IMG/VR virus record: IMGVR_UViG_3300020045_005058
Location: 1-39,713 of that record
Length of the DNA stretch: 39,713 nt
Direction: 5' to 3' (one strand)
Source: a virus
Taxonomy: Duplodnaviria; Caudoviricetes
Positions 16,819-26,770 of the stretch are shown here, in pieces. Position numbers and translations under genes: made by a program. The notes under the pieces were generated by a model. It was not told the origin of the DNA. It searched no databases and saw only the letters and a list, made by a program, of their open reading frames with translations. Every line of letters begins with the position of its first letter. The stretch's first letter is position 1.

Positions 16819-19484
16819 TACTTGATTCCTGGGTATGTTACGGAGCCAGACGCCTGACGTCCGCCGCCCTTGGAGACGCGCCCGGCAAGATCCAGCCATG
16901 AGTATGTCACGGGCTTGCCGCCGCGGGTGACCTTGTAGCGCACGCCATCGTTGCCCTGCGCGTACAGTGTCAGGCCCTTGTCGTCGTCATTGGTGAACCA
17001 CATCGGGCGAGATCGCACCGTGCTCTGCCACTCGTCAGCCAACTCTTCCGGCTTGCGTGCACCCACCAGGTCAGTGGGTACATCGATGCCCTTCAGGTCC
17101 TTGTCCAGCATGTAGGCCGCGCCTCGCTTGGTGGCCGACAGGTCAACGGACCGCGGCACGCGCATGGTCTCGTCGAACTGGTAGTGCCCAAGCAGCATCT
17201 TGTGCGCACTGTCCGTCGCCGTGGTGCCGTCCTGGCCGGATAGCACGAACTGGTAGGCCAGCTTGCGCATGCTGGTCTCGTAGGCGCTGATCACGCCGGA
17301 CGCCTGGTCGTTGGGGAACGGCACGGCACGGGTGAACTCGCCGAGCTTCATGGTCACGGCGTCCTTCACGTCCTTTTGCACCTTCGTATCGATGCCGTTG
17401 GAGAGGTCGCTTTCCTTGACGCGGGCCAGCCGGGACACGGCCTCGCGCGCGGTCTGGCTTGGCAGGTTCGGGATCAGCAGCAGCTCGCCGCTGATGGCGC
17501 CGGATTTCACAAGCTCACCGAACACCTTGGGGAAGTAGCCGCCATACTCAGCTTCCAGCCCGGAGATCAGGTTCGCGCTGTCCTCGGGACGCGTGGCGCC
17601 CATGGCCCGCTTGGCAATGGCGTCGGCCTGCCCCGGAGTTAGCACGGCCGGCGCGCGGATGCCCAGGCGCTGCTGCTCTGCCAGGCTTTCGGCCACGAAC
17701 TTCTGCACCATGGCCGGGCGCTGCTCTGCCGGCGTCTGCGGATTGTCAAGGGCCTGGCGCTGCTTGGCCAGGCTTTCGTTCGTGCTGACCACATAGCCAG
17801 CCGGGTCGGCCTTGCGCGCCTGCAGCACCTGCTGGGCGGCCTGCACGCGGATGTTGCGCCGGGTGTCTGCGGACGCGTAGCCCTCGCCAGGCTTTGGCTC
17901 TGCGGCCTGGATCTCGGCTGCGATCTCGCCCTCGGACTGGGTTTTGAATTTCCCGATGTCGGAGCCCATTTCGCGGGACTCCTGGTACTCGCCATACATG
18001 CGCGCGCCCTCGCCGCCATAGGCCCTTTCGAAGAACTCCGGCTGCAATTGCTGCGGGTCCATCACGCCATCCTTGTGCATGGCGATGGCGTCGGCCACGG
18101 CCCGGTCGGCTGATGCGCGGAACTGCGCCTCGGACTGCTTCATCATCGTCTCGGCGCGCGCCTTCAGGGCCGACTGCTGCTCCCAGTCCATGCCGCTGAA
18201 CGTGGCAGGCGGGACAACGGCAGGCGCTGGTTGACCATTGCCCGCGTCTGACTTCACGCCGGTGTCCACGGATTCCGTCTGCACACCACCGCCGCGGCTG
18301 GCCTTGCCCATGATTTTCTTGACGTAGTCCTGCGTCTCGGCCGGCGCGTGGGCCAGCCACTGGTCGCCCCACCGCTTCACCAGGCCGGCAACGCCATTGC
18401 CTCGAACGGTTGAACCGGGCCCCATGTTGTAGGCCGCCAGCGCCTTGGCCTGGTCGCCGCCGAATGTCTCGAGCTGCTTGGCCATGTAGGCCTGGCCCAG
18501 CTTCTCGTTGTAGCTTGCGTCCTGCTGGTAGCGGCGCTCGTCATAGGGCAGCCCAGCCAGTGCAGCCGCCTCACGCGCGGTGCCGGGCATGACTTGCGCC
18601 ACGCCGATGGCGCCCTTGGGAGAGGTCAGTGGCTTGCCGTTGGCGCTGAACTGCTTGCCACCGGACTCCTGACCAATCTGCGCGGCCCACAATGCAGCGG
18701 GCACGCTTCCTGCTTTGGTCGGTATCGCCTCACCACCAGCGGAAGCGCCGGCAGCAGGCATGGCGCCAGGGGCCTTGTATTCCCCGAACCGCTCCTTGTA
18801 CCAGGCGGCAGGGTCGCGCTCCATCTGGCCACGCTCGACGGCCAGGGATAGCTGGCGCTTGTACTTGCCTGCGGCCGCGATCTTGTCGGCCTCGGTCAAG
18901 TCGGAGCGCGCGATCATGGGCTCCATGCGCCGGCGGTAGACTTCGTCGAACCGCTTGGGGTCGTTGAACACCACGTTCTCGTCGGCCTGCATACCCACGG
19001 ATGTGTCGGCATCCAGCTTGGCCGTGCGCGCCTTCTCCTGGTAGGTGAATACGCCCGTCTGCAGGCGCGACTTCATGGACGCCGCGTGCTGCTGAAAGAA
19101 TTTCTTGGACGCGTCGGTAGGCAGCTTCTCGGTGTTCTGGTTTGCCCAGTCGTCGAAACTCTTGCCGATGGTCTCGCGCAGGTCAGGGTCGCCCACCTTC
19201 CAGTTCTTGGTGGCCGTCGTGACGTTTTCCTGCCAGTACACGTCACCACTGGATAGCACGTTCGACACATCGACGGCGGCCTGGTCCTCGGCTTTCTTTT
19301 TGGCTTCGGCCGCTTGTTGCGCATCGACGCGCATGATGCTGGTGGATAGCGCCATGCCTTGCTGGCCAAGCCCCTGCATGGACCGCCCGATGGCGTCGTC
19401 TGCCTGGACGCTGGTGTCGGCGCGCGCTGCAGGCAGGTCGCCCTGGACAGCGGCCTGGCGCTGGTATGTTGGTATCGCCGCCAT
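16818..19484 (-). CDS. Ejection protein with soluble lytic transglycosylase domain
   Basis: QESGG..SPKGAIGVAQVMPGT..ALAAYNMG..ETQDYV SLT motifs; GGAG RBS. Confidence 0.9.
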   Translation of the reverse strand: MAAIPTYQRQAAVQGDLPAARADTSVQADDAIGRSMQGLGQQGMALSTSIMRVDAQQAAEAKKKAEDQAAVDVSNVLSSGDVYWQENVTTATKNWKVGDPDLRETIGKSFDDWANQNTEKLPTDASKKFFQQHAASMKSRLQTGVFTYQEKARTAKLDADTSVGMQADENVVFNDPKRFDEVYRRRMEPMIARSDLTEADKIAAAGKYKRQLSLAVERGQMERDPAAWYKERFGEYKAPGAMPAAGASAGGEAIPTKAGSVPAALWAAQIGQESGGKQFSANGKPLTSPKGAIGVAQVMPGTAREAAALAGLPYDERRYQQDASYNEKLGQAYMAKQLETFGGDQAKALAAYNMGPGSTVRGNGVAGLVKRWGDQWLAHAPAETQDYVKKIMGKASRGGGVQTESVDTGVKSDAGNGQPAPAVVPPATFSGMDWEQQSALKARAETMMKQSEAQFRASADRAVADAIAMHKDGVMDPQQLQPEFFERAYGGEGARMYGEYQESREMGSDIGKFKTQSEGEIAAEIQAAEPKPGEGYASADTRRNIRVQAAQQVLQARKADPAGYVVSTNESLAKQRQALDNPQTPAEQRPAMVQKFVAESLAEQQRLGIRAPAVLTPGQADAIAKRAMGATRPEDSANLISGLEAEYGGYFPKVFGELVKSGAISGELLLIPNLPSQTAREAVSRLARVKESDLSNGIDTKVQKDVKDAVTMKLGEFTRAVPFPNDQASGVISAYETSMRKLAYQFVLSGQDGTTATDSAHKMLLGHYQFDETMRVPRSVDLSATKRGAAYMLDKDLKGIDVPTDLVGARKPEELADEWQSTVRSRPMWFTNDDDKGLTLYAQGNDGVRYKVTRGGKPVTYSWLDLAGRVSKGGGRQASGSVTYPGIK

Positions 19485-19978
19485 CAATAGACTCCTTTTG
19501 CCTTGCCTGCGTAGTAGGCATTGCCGCCATTGAGCAGCGACCCGGCCGCGTTCAGATAGCTGGCGGTCTGCGCGGACTTGCCGCGGTTGCGCTCGTTCTG
19601 CGCGCTCACCATGCTCATGCCTGCCTGGTCATTCAGGCCGGCCGCCTTGAGTTGCCCCTCGTAGCGGATCGCGCCGGCGTCGGACTCGACGTTGAAAATG
19701 GATTCGCGCAGGAGGTTGCTGTCCATCCCTGCGCCCGCCGATGCCGAGGACGCAAGTTGCGCCCCGATCACGGCCCTGCCCTGGCGGCGCTGGTCGTCCT
19801 CCTTGATGCTCGCCATGGACGATGCCTGCACGGCGCGCGCGCGGTCCACGGCTGCGTTGTATTCCATCGCCTGCGCGCTGGCGTCGGCGGCCTGCTTCTG
19901 GGCCTGCCCTTGCTGGATGGCCCCGACGGCAGACATCGCAGTGGATGCGATCAAGAGTGGTAGTGCTATGGCGCCCAT
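19484..19978 (-). CDS. Small ejection protein (T7 gp14-like position)
   Basis: Ala/Gln-rich helical sequence with hydrophobic N-terminus; synteny. Confidence 0.75.
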   Translation of the reverse strand: MGAIALPLLIASTAMSAVGAIQQGQAQKQAADASAQAMEYNAAVDRARAVQASSMASIKEDDQRRQGRAVIGAQLASSASAGAGMDSNLLRESIFNVESDAGAIRYEGQLKAAGLNDQAGMSMVSAQNERNRGKSAQTASYLNAAGSLLNGGNAYYAGKAKGVY

Positions 19979-20412
19979 TATTTAATCCTCGAAAACAAGT
20001 AACAATCGCCGCCGTCCGGGCGGTACGCGCGCATGGGGCGGTCCGGTGTCTCGCACTCGAACCCGAGCATGGTGAGCCACCGCATGCCGGCTTCAAACCC
20101 GACGTCCACCGTGGCCTCGATGCGGCGCCACTTCGCCCCGGCCAGGAACCCGGCCACCGCCTTGTGCACGCCGACCATGTTGCGGCCCGCGTCCTTGGAA
20201 ATCAGCGCCCAGGCCATTGCCCTATTGTCCCAAATTTCCACGCACCCGGAGCAGGCAATTACGCGGTCGCCGTCCAGCGCCGTGAACGCATAGGGGGACT
20301 GGGCCAGCATGCGCCCGTAGGCTTCCCCGGAAATGTCGCCAACGAAGTACCGCTGCGCCTCCTGCAGCTCCAGCGTGCGCACATGCTCAGGGCGGAAGGC
20401 GACGACCCTCAT
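19978..20412 (-). CDS. GNAT-fold/T7 gp13-like tail-region protein
   Basis: Start MRVVAFRPEH via ATGA overlap; RIEATV..RWLTMLGFECE motif; synteny. Confidence 0.75.
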   Translation of the reverse strand: MRVVAFRPEHVRTLELQEAQRYFVGDISGEAYGRMLAQSPYAFTALDGDRVIACSGCVEIWDNRAMAWALISKDAGRNMVGVHKAVAGFLAGAKWRRIEATVDVGFEAGMRWLTMLGFECETPDRPMRAYRPDGGDCYLFSRIK

Positions 20413-22634
20413 CGCGCATCGGCCGTGTTGACCTGCGGCATCAGGCCCAGCAAGGTGACCGGCGTGGGCTGGTCGTTCTTGAACATCATGTAGGCGTCGG
20501 TGTTGTAGCCCTCGGGCCACGGCACGACCTTGTCGCCTGAGAACAGCGGCACCGGCGCGCCCATGGGGTCGCTCGACGTGCGCAGCTGCAGGCTGTCCAT
20601 GTTGTCGGCCGTGGACCCGTAGCGCCCGCCACCGGTGTTGATGAACCGCAGCACCGCCTTGTGGATGCGCTTGGTCTTGCCCTGGCTGGTGCCGTCGGAC
20701 GCGCCCGCCTCCAGCCGCATCGAGCGGTAGACGCAGGGGCACGGCAGACCGACGTTAACGACGGAGTACTCGCGCTGCAGGGCAATGGCCCCGGCCGTGA
20801 CGGTGCGCTGTGGGTGCGGCGATCCATCGGCCAGCACATCGACCACCATGCCCTCCAGGTGGCCGAGCCCGCTGATCGTGTCTGCCGGCGCGCCGTCGTA
20901 GGTCAGCCCGGCGTCCACGTAGAAGCTCGAGGACTGCGCGTCCCCGTCACGCCATGACCGTTCCATGTATTCGACATACCGCTTGGTGGCTCCATTGACC
21001 GTGCGGCGCACCACCAGCCAGAGCTCGGAGCGGTCGCCCTCGGCTGCCGGCATGACGGCCACGGACTCGACAAACCCGTCCCCGCCAATCGGGTGCCGGT
21101 GCCAGCCGCGCACGTCCTGCTCTGCATTCCAGGTGAACCCAAGCAGTCGGCCATCGGCGCGGGCGGCCCATACGACAGGGTTGGGCTCCTGGGAGAATGC
21201 CATCTGCACCAGGCCGGACGCCGTGATGTGCTCAGCCAGGACGGTCGCGTCGGTCGATTTGTATTTGTACGACAGGGTGTCATAGGCCACTTCGCGCGCC
21301 TTGAGACCGGCCCGCTGCACGAACAGCAGGCCCTCGCCGTTCTTGATGGGGGGAATGGCCCGGCTGCCGTACCCAGAAATCAGCTTGGCCTTGATGTTGC
21401 CCGGCGCCAGGGCCTTGCCGTTCTGGAGCTCGCCCACGGAGAACTCGCCGCCGGCCGTGCCGCACAGCAGGTCTTCGTCGCCAATCATCCACTGCACGTC
21501 ATTGATCTTGCCCGACACCAGCGTGATGGTGATCGCCATGTCGTCGGTGACCTGGCCGAAGTTCAAAGGGCTGTAGTCGGTGAAGTCGGCAGAGACCGAG
21601 CCCCACACCTGCTGCTTGCGGCCCCACCACAGCCGTTCGCGGAAGAATGCCACATTGGTCGGCCACCCCTGCACGGCAGACCACTCGCCAAAGGACCAGC
21701 GGGTCGTGGCGTTGCCGGACCCGACGACCTGGGACGGCAGCCGGTCGACCACGGTGGCGCTGACGATGGTGCTGGATGTGAACCCGGTGATGGTCACGTA
21801 GCCATATCCTGGGTCTCGGAATTCCCACTGCACGCCAGGATCGCCGTCGTACAGCGCGCCCTCGGAATGCACGGGCTTGGATGTGCCGGTGGTGCCCGCC
21901 GTCAGGGCCTCGTAGGTCTTGGCGTCAGAGCGCCGGCGCGCGGAAACGCTGATGGCCTTGGTGACCTCCCAGGCCGGGATGGTGTTCAGGTCCTTGGACT
22001 CCAGGCGCATGATCGATCCGACCATGTCGACCGCGAAGATCGCAGCCGATGCGGTCAGCGTTACGGCGCCGGTCTCGGCTGATGCGTAGACAGTGGTGGT
22101 GGTTTCGTTCGTCGATTGCCAGGGCCCGCCCTTGCTGGTGAACAGCGAGACCGAGAACGACGTGGCGCTGGTGCGCTGGATGATGCGCTGCTGATGCAGC
22201 CCGTGCGCGATGTAGAGGTTGTCGCCGGACTGGGCAAAGCGCAGCCGCGGCGTGCCGTCGGTGTTGTAGAGCTGCGCCTCGGTGTACGGGGTCACGACCT
22301 CCACGGGCACGCCAGGCGAGGACTCCAGGATGCCGCGCACTTTCGTCACGGCGTCCCATGTGTAGAACCGGCAGTAGAGGTGGCCGAACTCCAGCATGTA
22401 GGCCTGGTCCACGGAAAACTCGAACGGCTGCAGCAGCACCTTGCTCGCGCTGTCCTTCACCTCGTGCACGAACCGTGTGCCGGCGCGCCGGTCGATTGGG
22501 CCCTGCACCGTGGGGATGAAGTTCTCCATGATGCTGGCGCCGCTGGGGTACTTGGCAAAGTCAACGCGGGCGCCGAGCTTGGGGCTCAGTTCGCCGGCAT
22601 TGAAGCTGCCCGTGAGGGTCGAACTTTTGCTCAT
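20409..22634 (-). CDS. Tail tubular protein B / nozzle
   Basis: SFNAGELSP..RRAGTRF, FAQSGD, WP..VAFFRERLW, GWHRH motifs; start via ATGA overlap at 22634. Confidence 0.88.
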   Translation of the reverse strand: MSKSSTLTGSFNAGELSPKLGARVDFAKYPSGASIMENFIPTVQGPIDRRAGTRFVHEVKDSASKVLLQPFEFSVDQAYMLEFGHLYCRFYTWDAVTKVRGILESSPGVPVEVVTPYTEAQLYNTDGTPRLRFAQSGDNLYIAHGLHQQRIIQRTSATSFSVSLFTSKGGPWQSTNETTTTVYASAETGAVTLTASAAIFAVDMVGSIMRLESKDLNTIPAWEVTKAISVSARRRSDAKTYEALTAGTTGTSKPVHSEGALYDGDPGVQWEFRDPGYGYVTITGFTSSTIVSATVVDRLPSQVVGSGNATTRWSFGEWSAVQGWPTNVAFFRERLWWGRKQQVWGSVSADFTDYSPLNFGQVTDDMAITITLVSGKINDVQWMIGDEDLLCGTAGGEFSVGELQNGKALAPGNIKAKLISGYGSRAIPPIKNGEGLLFVQRAGLKAREVAYDTLSYKYKSTDATVLAEHITASGLVQMAFSQEPNPVVWAARADGRLLGFTWNAEQDVRGWHRHPIGGDGFVESVAVMPAAEGDRSELWLVVRRTVNGATKRYVEYMERSWRDGDAQSSSFYVDAGLTYDGAPADTISGLGHLEGMVVDVLADGSPHPQRTVTAGAIALQREYSVVNVGLPCPCVYRSMRLEAGASDGTSQGKTKRIHKAVLRFINTGGGRYGSTADNMDSLQLRTSSDPMGAPVPLFSGDKVVPWPEGYNTDAYMMFKNDQPTPVTLLGLMPQVNTADAR

Positions 22635-23272
22635 ACGCTGAACCCCGACGGGTACTGCGTGGCGTCCAGCGTGGTGCCCGGCACATAGTCGCCCTCGCGC
22701 GCGTCCAGCCATGAGCCCTGCGGCAGTTCGTCCGGGGGGTTCTCGATGGCGTCCTGGCGCGTGGCCTCGGACATGGCGGCCTTGTACTGCTCCACCATGC
22801 GGTTGAATTTTGTCTCGGACTGGGTGAGGGTTTCGCAGGCCTCCAGCGCCAGCTTGCACGCCATGGCCTCGGAGAACAGCGGGTCGAACAGGCCGGGGTT
22901 TGTCACGCGCTTGACGTAGCGGACCTTCAGCGGGGCCTCGATGTTGGTCAGGATGTTGCCGGCCTCGACGGACCACATGGCCACCTGCGTGCCGGAGCGC
23001 ACATAGAACTCGTTCACCTGCACCAGCGCCAGGTAGTCGTCGGGCAGCGGGTACTGGTAGGCGTAGCCCCAGGCCGGGGCGTCAGCGAGTGCCGGCAGGC
23101 TTGCGCGCGTCAGGGCGAACTTCCACCGGTATCGGCGCAGCTCTGCGTCCAGCACCTCGTCGAACATCTGCGCCAGCGTGCGGGCGCGCTTGTTGTCGTC
23201 CGTGAGCAGGAGGATGCGGTCCTCTCCCAGCTTCGTGAGCGCGCGGTTTGCGATGGAGACTTTTGACGCCAT
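22631..23272 (-). CDS. Tail tubular protein A / adaptor
   Basis: IANRALTKLGE..RWKFA..YAYQYPLPDDYL..FDPLF..LA. Confidence 0.88.
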   Translation of the reverse strand: MASKVSIANRALTKLGEDRILLLTDDNKRARTLAQMFDEVLDAELRRYRWKFALTRASLPALADAPAWGYAYQYPLPDDYLALVQVNEFYVRSGTQVAMWSVEAGNILTNIEAPLKVRYVKRVTNPGLFDPLFSEAMACKLALEACETLTQSETKFNRMVEQYKAAMSEATRQDAIENPPDELPQGSWLDAREGDYVPGTTLDATQYPSGFSV

Positions 23273-23415
23273 GGTGGTGAATCCTCAATATTTGTTGGAT
23301 TTTCGCATCATTCGGCGTGCGGGTCTAGCGGGTTGGCCGCATCCTGGGCTGGAATGGGAAAGGCCACCCGTCAGAGTGGCCCTGCCTGCGCCCGATGGGC
23401 GACCGAGAATGCACA

Positions 23416-23448
23416 AGGCCCCGCCGATCTTGTGGACTGGCGGGGCCT
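23416..23448 (-). terminator. GC-rich hairpin after the SGNH gene (possible terminator)
   Basis: AGGCCCCGCC-N13-GGCGGGGCCT; weak U tract. Confidence 0.5.
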
Positions 23449-23457
23449 GGTGGCTGG

Positions 23458-25449
23458 TTAGATGAACTTTGCGAACTCCGCAGCCATAGCCACATGAGCA
23501 GCGCGGCCTTGGTGGATGCCATCTCCGCATGCTGCCAGGGCGGTCGATCCATCAGGAGAGTAAAAGTTTGCGGTGCCCATGCTGACGCGGACAGCATCAA
23601 AATCTGGGCACCCGTCAGTCACTCCAGAGGCAGCCAGAGACTTAATCCAGGCATTGTGCGCAAGCATTAGCGTGTATGTCGCTCCGCCGCCAACAACGCC
23701 GGGTGTCATGGGCCATGTGCCGACAAGTATTTTGCCGACTCCTGCCTTCTTCGCCTTGTTTATTGCTTTCAGCAGCCGACCCCGGTAGATGGTCAAGATT
23801 GCATCATTAGGGGTTCCGCTATCGTTTACAGAATAGCCTTGAAAGAATGCCACAGCAGGCACAATTCCAGCCTCTAGCATGGGTTCAATTTCTTGGAAAT
23901 AGTATTCAGAAGTGCGGCCAGAAAAGGCGCCATTAAAAAACTCCAATGGAGATGCAACAGTGGACTTTTCATATACCGCCTTTTGAGCCCACGAAAACCA
24001 GGTATTTAAAGAACCGCCTGAAATCGTTGTCGATGCAGTACTTGACCCCTGTGCCACACTTAGTTGATATGTTGATCCAGCCTTGCCACTAATGCCACTC
24101 AAAAGACTAACGATGAAAGGCTTCGTCCCATCTGCATTGTTTGTTTGCCCAGCGTAGGATACATCCTGGCCAAGAACAATTGGGACACTTATTCCACCGG
24201 CCCCGCCAACGCTAGACGCAGTATCTGCGTTTAGCGTCATTGTGGTGCCTGAGAATGTGGCAGACAAAGCTGCTACCCCACCATTTGACAACATAAAGGG
24301 GTTGACGGCAGTCGTTGAGTCACCAAATACAGCCACCCCTGTGGCATCCGTGCCATAGTCAAATTCAAACGCAATTGAGAACCCAGCCGTAGGGAAGACG
24401 GCTGACGGTATTGTTGTTGGCGTAACAATGCCATCAACGGCGTCATACACTGCCTGAAAATATGGGCGGCATTCCGGGCTTGAGTCCACGCCAGAAGCTT
24501 GCCTGCGAGCAGCATTCGCAAATTGCGTAAGGAATGGGGCATCAATAGATGAGTAAGAGCCAGTGGCGGAAAAATCCTTAAACACGCGAAAAAGGAAATT
24601 CCCACCTTTGCCATCATCACTTATTACAGACGGCAGCGCCACCCAGTTACTCGCTGCAAATCCTGGGATGTGCGTAAATGTTCCAATAAGCTTAGGGGAT
24701 TTTGCCGATCCTAAGTAGTTTGGGTTGTTGTAAAAGCCGCCCGCCCCAAAATCAATAGGATAGAAACCGTACATATCTGTAGTTGCAGATGCGTTGTGGT
24801 CTGCACCTAGAGCGTATGGCGTATACAAATCGGCGGCTGTTGCATAGCTTGATTTCTCAGTCAGTGCCACCGAGCATTTCACCCCCGTTAGCATCCGAGA
24901 GAAACCACACGTCCCACTGGTTGTTTGACTCACAGGCGATGTAACGACGACAGTCGTTCCGGTCTTCGATTCAACCGGATACCAGCCGGCAGTCGCAAGG
25001 CCATCATACGGCATGAACCAAATAATATCGCCAACGGCTATGCCAACTGTGCCATTAGTCTGCGAAGGGGTAAGCGTTATCTGCGTCAACGTCTGAGAAT
25101 ATGACTTGGATGCAAAGTACGCAGAGGCCATTAGAATAGCGCGTACTCGTTTTGGGTTGCCGGCGCACTTCATTTTTCCATACGCCGTCGCACCAGCATT
25201 TGCGAAGCCTGTACCTGACCCATCATATTGCAGGATGCTAAGGGGCCACGGCTTTATCGCTACGCCTGAACCTTTTGAAGTTTTACCACCACCGTAACTA
25301 ACGCTCCCGCCGCCTGGGGCCCGAAGGGTTCCGTCGGCGTTCCAGGACGGCACGTCGACCTCGCGCCCCCGCTGGTCGATAACGCCAAGCCACTCGCCGG
25401 TGACAAAATCGAACCGGTCCTGCGTCTCGCCCAAGCGTGCATTGCTCAT
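23458..25449 (-). CDS. Virion appendage protein with C-terminal SGNH/GDSL esterase domain
   Basis: FGDS, NGAFSG, GYSVND and DGIH blocks; GAGAGG RBS; AT-richer body. Confidence 0.8.
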   Translation of the reverse strand: MSNARLGETQDRFDFVTGEWLGVIDQRGREVDVPSWNADGTLRAPGGGSVSYGGGKTSKGSGVAIKPWPLSILQYDGSGTGFANAGATAYGKMKCAGNPKRVRAILMASAYFASKSYSQTLTQITLTPSQTNGTVGIAVGDIIWFMPYDGLATAGWYPVESKTGTTVVVTSPVSQTTSGTCGFSRMLTGVKCSVALTEKSSYATAADLYTPYALGADHNASATTDMYGFYPIDFGAGGFYNNPNYLGSAKSPKLIGTFTHIPGFAASNWVALPSVISDDGKGGNFLFRVFKDFSATGSYSSIDAPFLTQFANAARRQASGVDSSPECRPYFQAVYDAVDGIVTPTTIPSAVFPTAGFSIAFEFDYGTDATGVAVFGDSTTAVNPFMLSNGGVAALSATFSGTTMTLNADTASSVGGAGGISVPIVLGQDVSYAGQTNNADGTKPFIVSLLSGISGKAGSTYQLSVAQGSSTASTTISGGSLNTWFSWAQKAVYEKSTVASPLEFFNGAFSGRTSEYYFQEIEPMLEAGIVPAVAFFQGYSVNDSGTPNDAILTIYRGRLLKAINKAKKAGVGKILVGTWPMTPGVVGGGATYTLMLAHNAWIKSLAASGVTDGCPDFDAVRVSMGTANFYSPDGSTALAACGDGIHQGRAAHVAMAAEFAKFI

Positions 25450-25500
25450 GATAAGCCTCTCAAAATGTTGTTGCGATTCTACAACGACAGTGCGATTTGC

Positions 25501-25626
25501 TCAATTGCGGCGGCGTCTCCGAATGATCAAAAGCACCATTGTGACCGGCGGGCCGGGAGGGACTACAGCAACCGGCGGGGCTGCCCCGAGAGGAGCCGCG
25601 CCAAATGGTATCGCACCCCAAGTCAT
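25501..25626 (-). CDS. 41-aa peptide MTWGAIPFGAAPLGA...LIIRRRRRN
   Basis: ATG directly after upstream TAA; fills the gap; not in ORF track. Confidence 0.55.
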   Translation of the reverse strand: MTWGAIPFGAAPLGAAPPVAVVPPGPPVTMVLLIIRRRRRN

Positions 25627-26037
25627 TTAGATGCTCGCCGCCAGTTTAAAAACCGCGTCTAGTTCTTCATCAGTTTTACCCAGCGACTGAGACAACTCAA
25701 CTAGCAAACCATTATCCCTTGCAAAGTCAAGCGACTCAGCGAATGCTATTTGCAATTCGAAATCTTCAGAATTCGAGACTGCATTTTTTATGGCGTCTAG
25801 CAGCCCAAGCCTGTGCAGGGCAGTAAACATCTGCCGCCGCGTCACTGGCTGAATAAGCGATCGCTCATGTACAACCATTGCAGCAGGCATAACAGCGTCA
25901 ATCTGCTCTTGTGTAGGGATAGGATCCGGCCTGATCCAAGAGCGCACATAAACGCCATCACCATCGTCTTGCAATATGCAGTCTTTGCGAAAATCAATGT
26001 CTGGATAAATGTATTTGAGTGCAGCAGATAGCATCAT
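25627..26037 (-). CDS. XkdW-like fibre assembly chaperone
   Basis: ALKYIYPDIDFRKDCILQDDGDG..W...P.PT N-terminus; VTRRQ..LG....D..F..A C-terminus; ATGA coupling. Confidence 0.75.
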   Translation of the reverse strand: MMLSAALKYIYPDIDFRKDCILQDDGDGVYVRSWIRPDPIPTQEQIDAVMPAAMVVHERSLIQPVTRRQMFTALHRLGLLDAIKNAVSNSEDFELQIAFAESLDFARDNGLLVELSQSLGKTDEELDAVFKLAASI

Positions 26038-26768
26038 GTGCCCAAGTAGGTAAAACTGATGAAATTGTTTTCTGCGTTGTTCCCAACGGCACCCCATGCA
26101 GACTGGTAGGAATAAAGCTCTAAATAATCCGTAGTGCCATTTAGAATGGCAACACCTGCAACTGTGGACACCTTGACAGTTGCAGGAGCCTGGTATGCGC
26201 CTTGAATAACAGGGCTGCCGTTTTTATAAATGTTAACCCCAAGGCTGGACGCTGCTGCATAGCCCATTAACGCGCCAAAAACAAGATAATTTCCAGCCCT
26301 GTTTGGCAAAAACCGTTTGTTTGTCTCGTCCCACCACCCATTTGGGTTACTTACCACCGAGTTCAGAGCAGTGGTTATCTTTGTATTCGCATCGCCAACA
26401 ACTTGTGACGCCGAGCCACTGTTTCGAATAAACGTGTAGGACCTATCTAATTGATACTCAAGTTTCTGCGCAAGCGCGGCGGTCGCTGCATCTGTTGCCA
26501 GCGCGGAGCTTGTCAGCGAAATAGCTGCTCCAGTGCTTGAGTCTGCAAGCGTTCCTCGACTAAGAGTTGTTCCTGAGTGTGTGTAGATGCAACCCGTTCG
26601 TATCTCCCAATCGGCTCCGTCAACGATGGACACATCAAAGCTAAGACCATCATCGCCGGATGCAAATGTCCTATACCCAACTGAGGCAGCGGATACGGTT
26701 AGAGCACCGGATGTGCCAGGCGTGTTGCTGATTGTTGTCAGCAGTCTGTTTCGGTGGGTTGCAACCAT
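26034..26768 (-). CDS. Short fibre protein with C1q-like C-terminal domain
   Basis: WEI..G..Y...GTTLSR N-domain; RFLPNRAGNY..IYKNG..LNGTTDYLELY. Confidence 0.75.
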   Translation of the reverse strand: MVATHRNRLLTTISNTPGTSGALTVSAASVGYRTFASGDDGLSFDVSIVDGADWEIRTGCIYTHSGTTLSRGTLADSSTGAAISLTSSALATDAATAALAQKLEYQLDRSYTFIRNSGSASQVVGDANTKITTALNSVVSNPNGWWDETNKRFLPNRAGNYLVFGALMGYAAASSLGVNIYKNGSPVIQGAYQAPATVKVSTVAGVAILNGTTDYLELYSYQSAWGAVGNNAENNFISFTYLGT

Positions 26769-26770
26769 TG

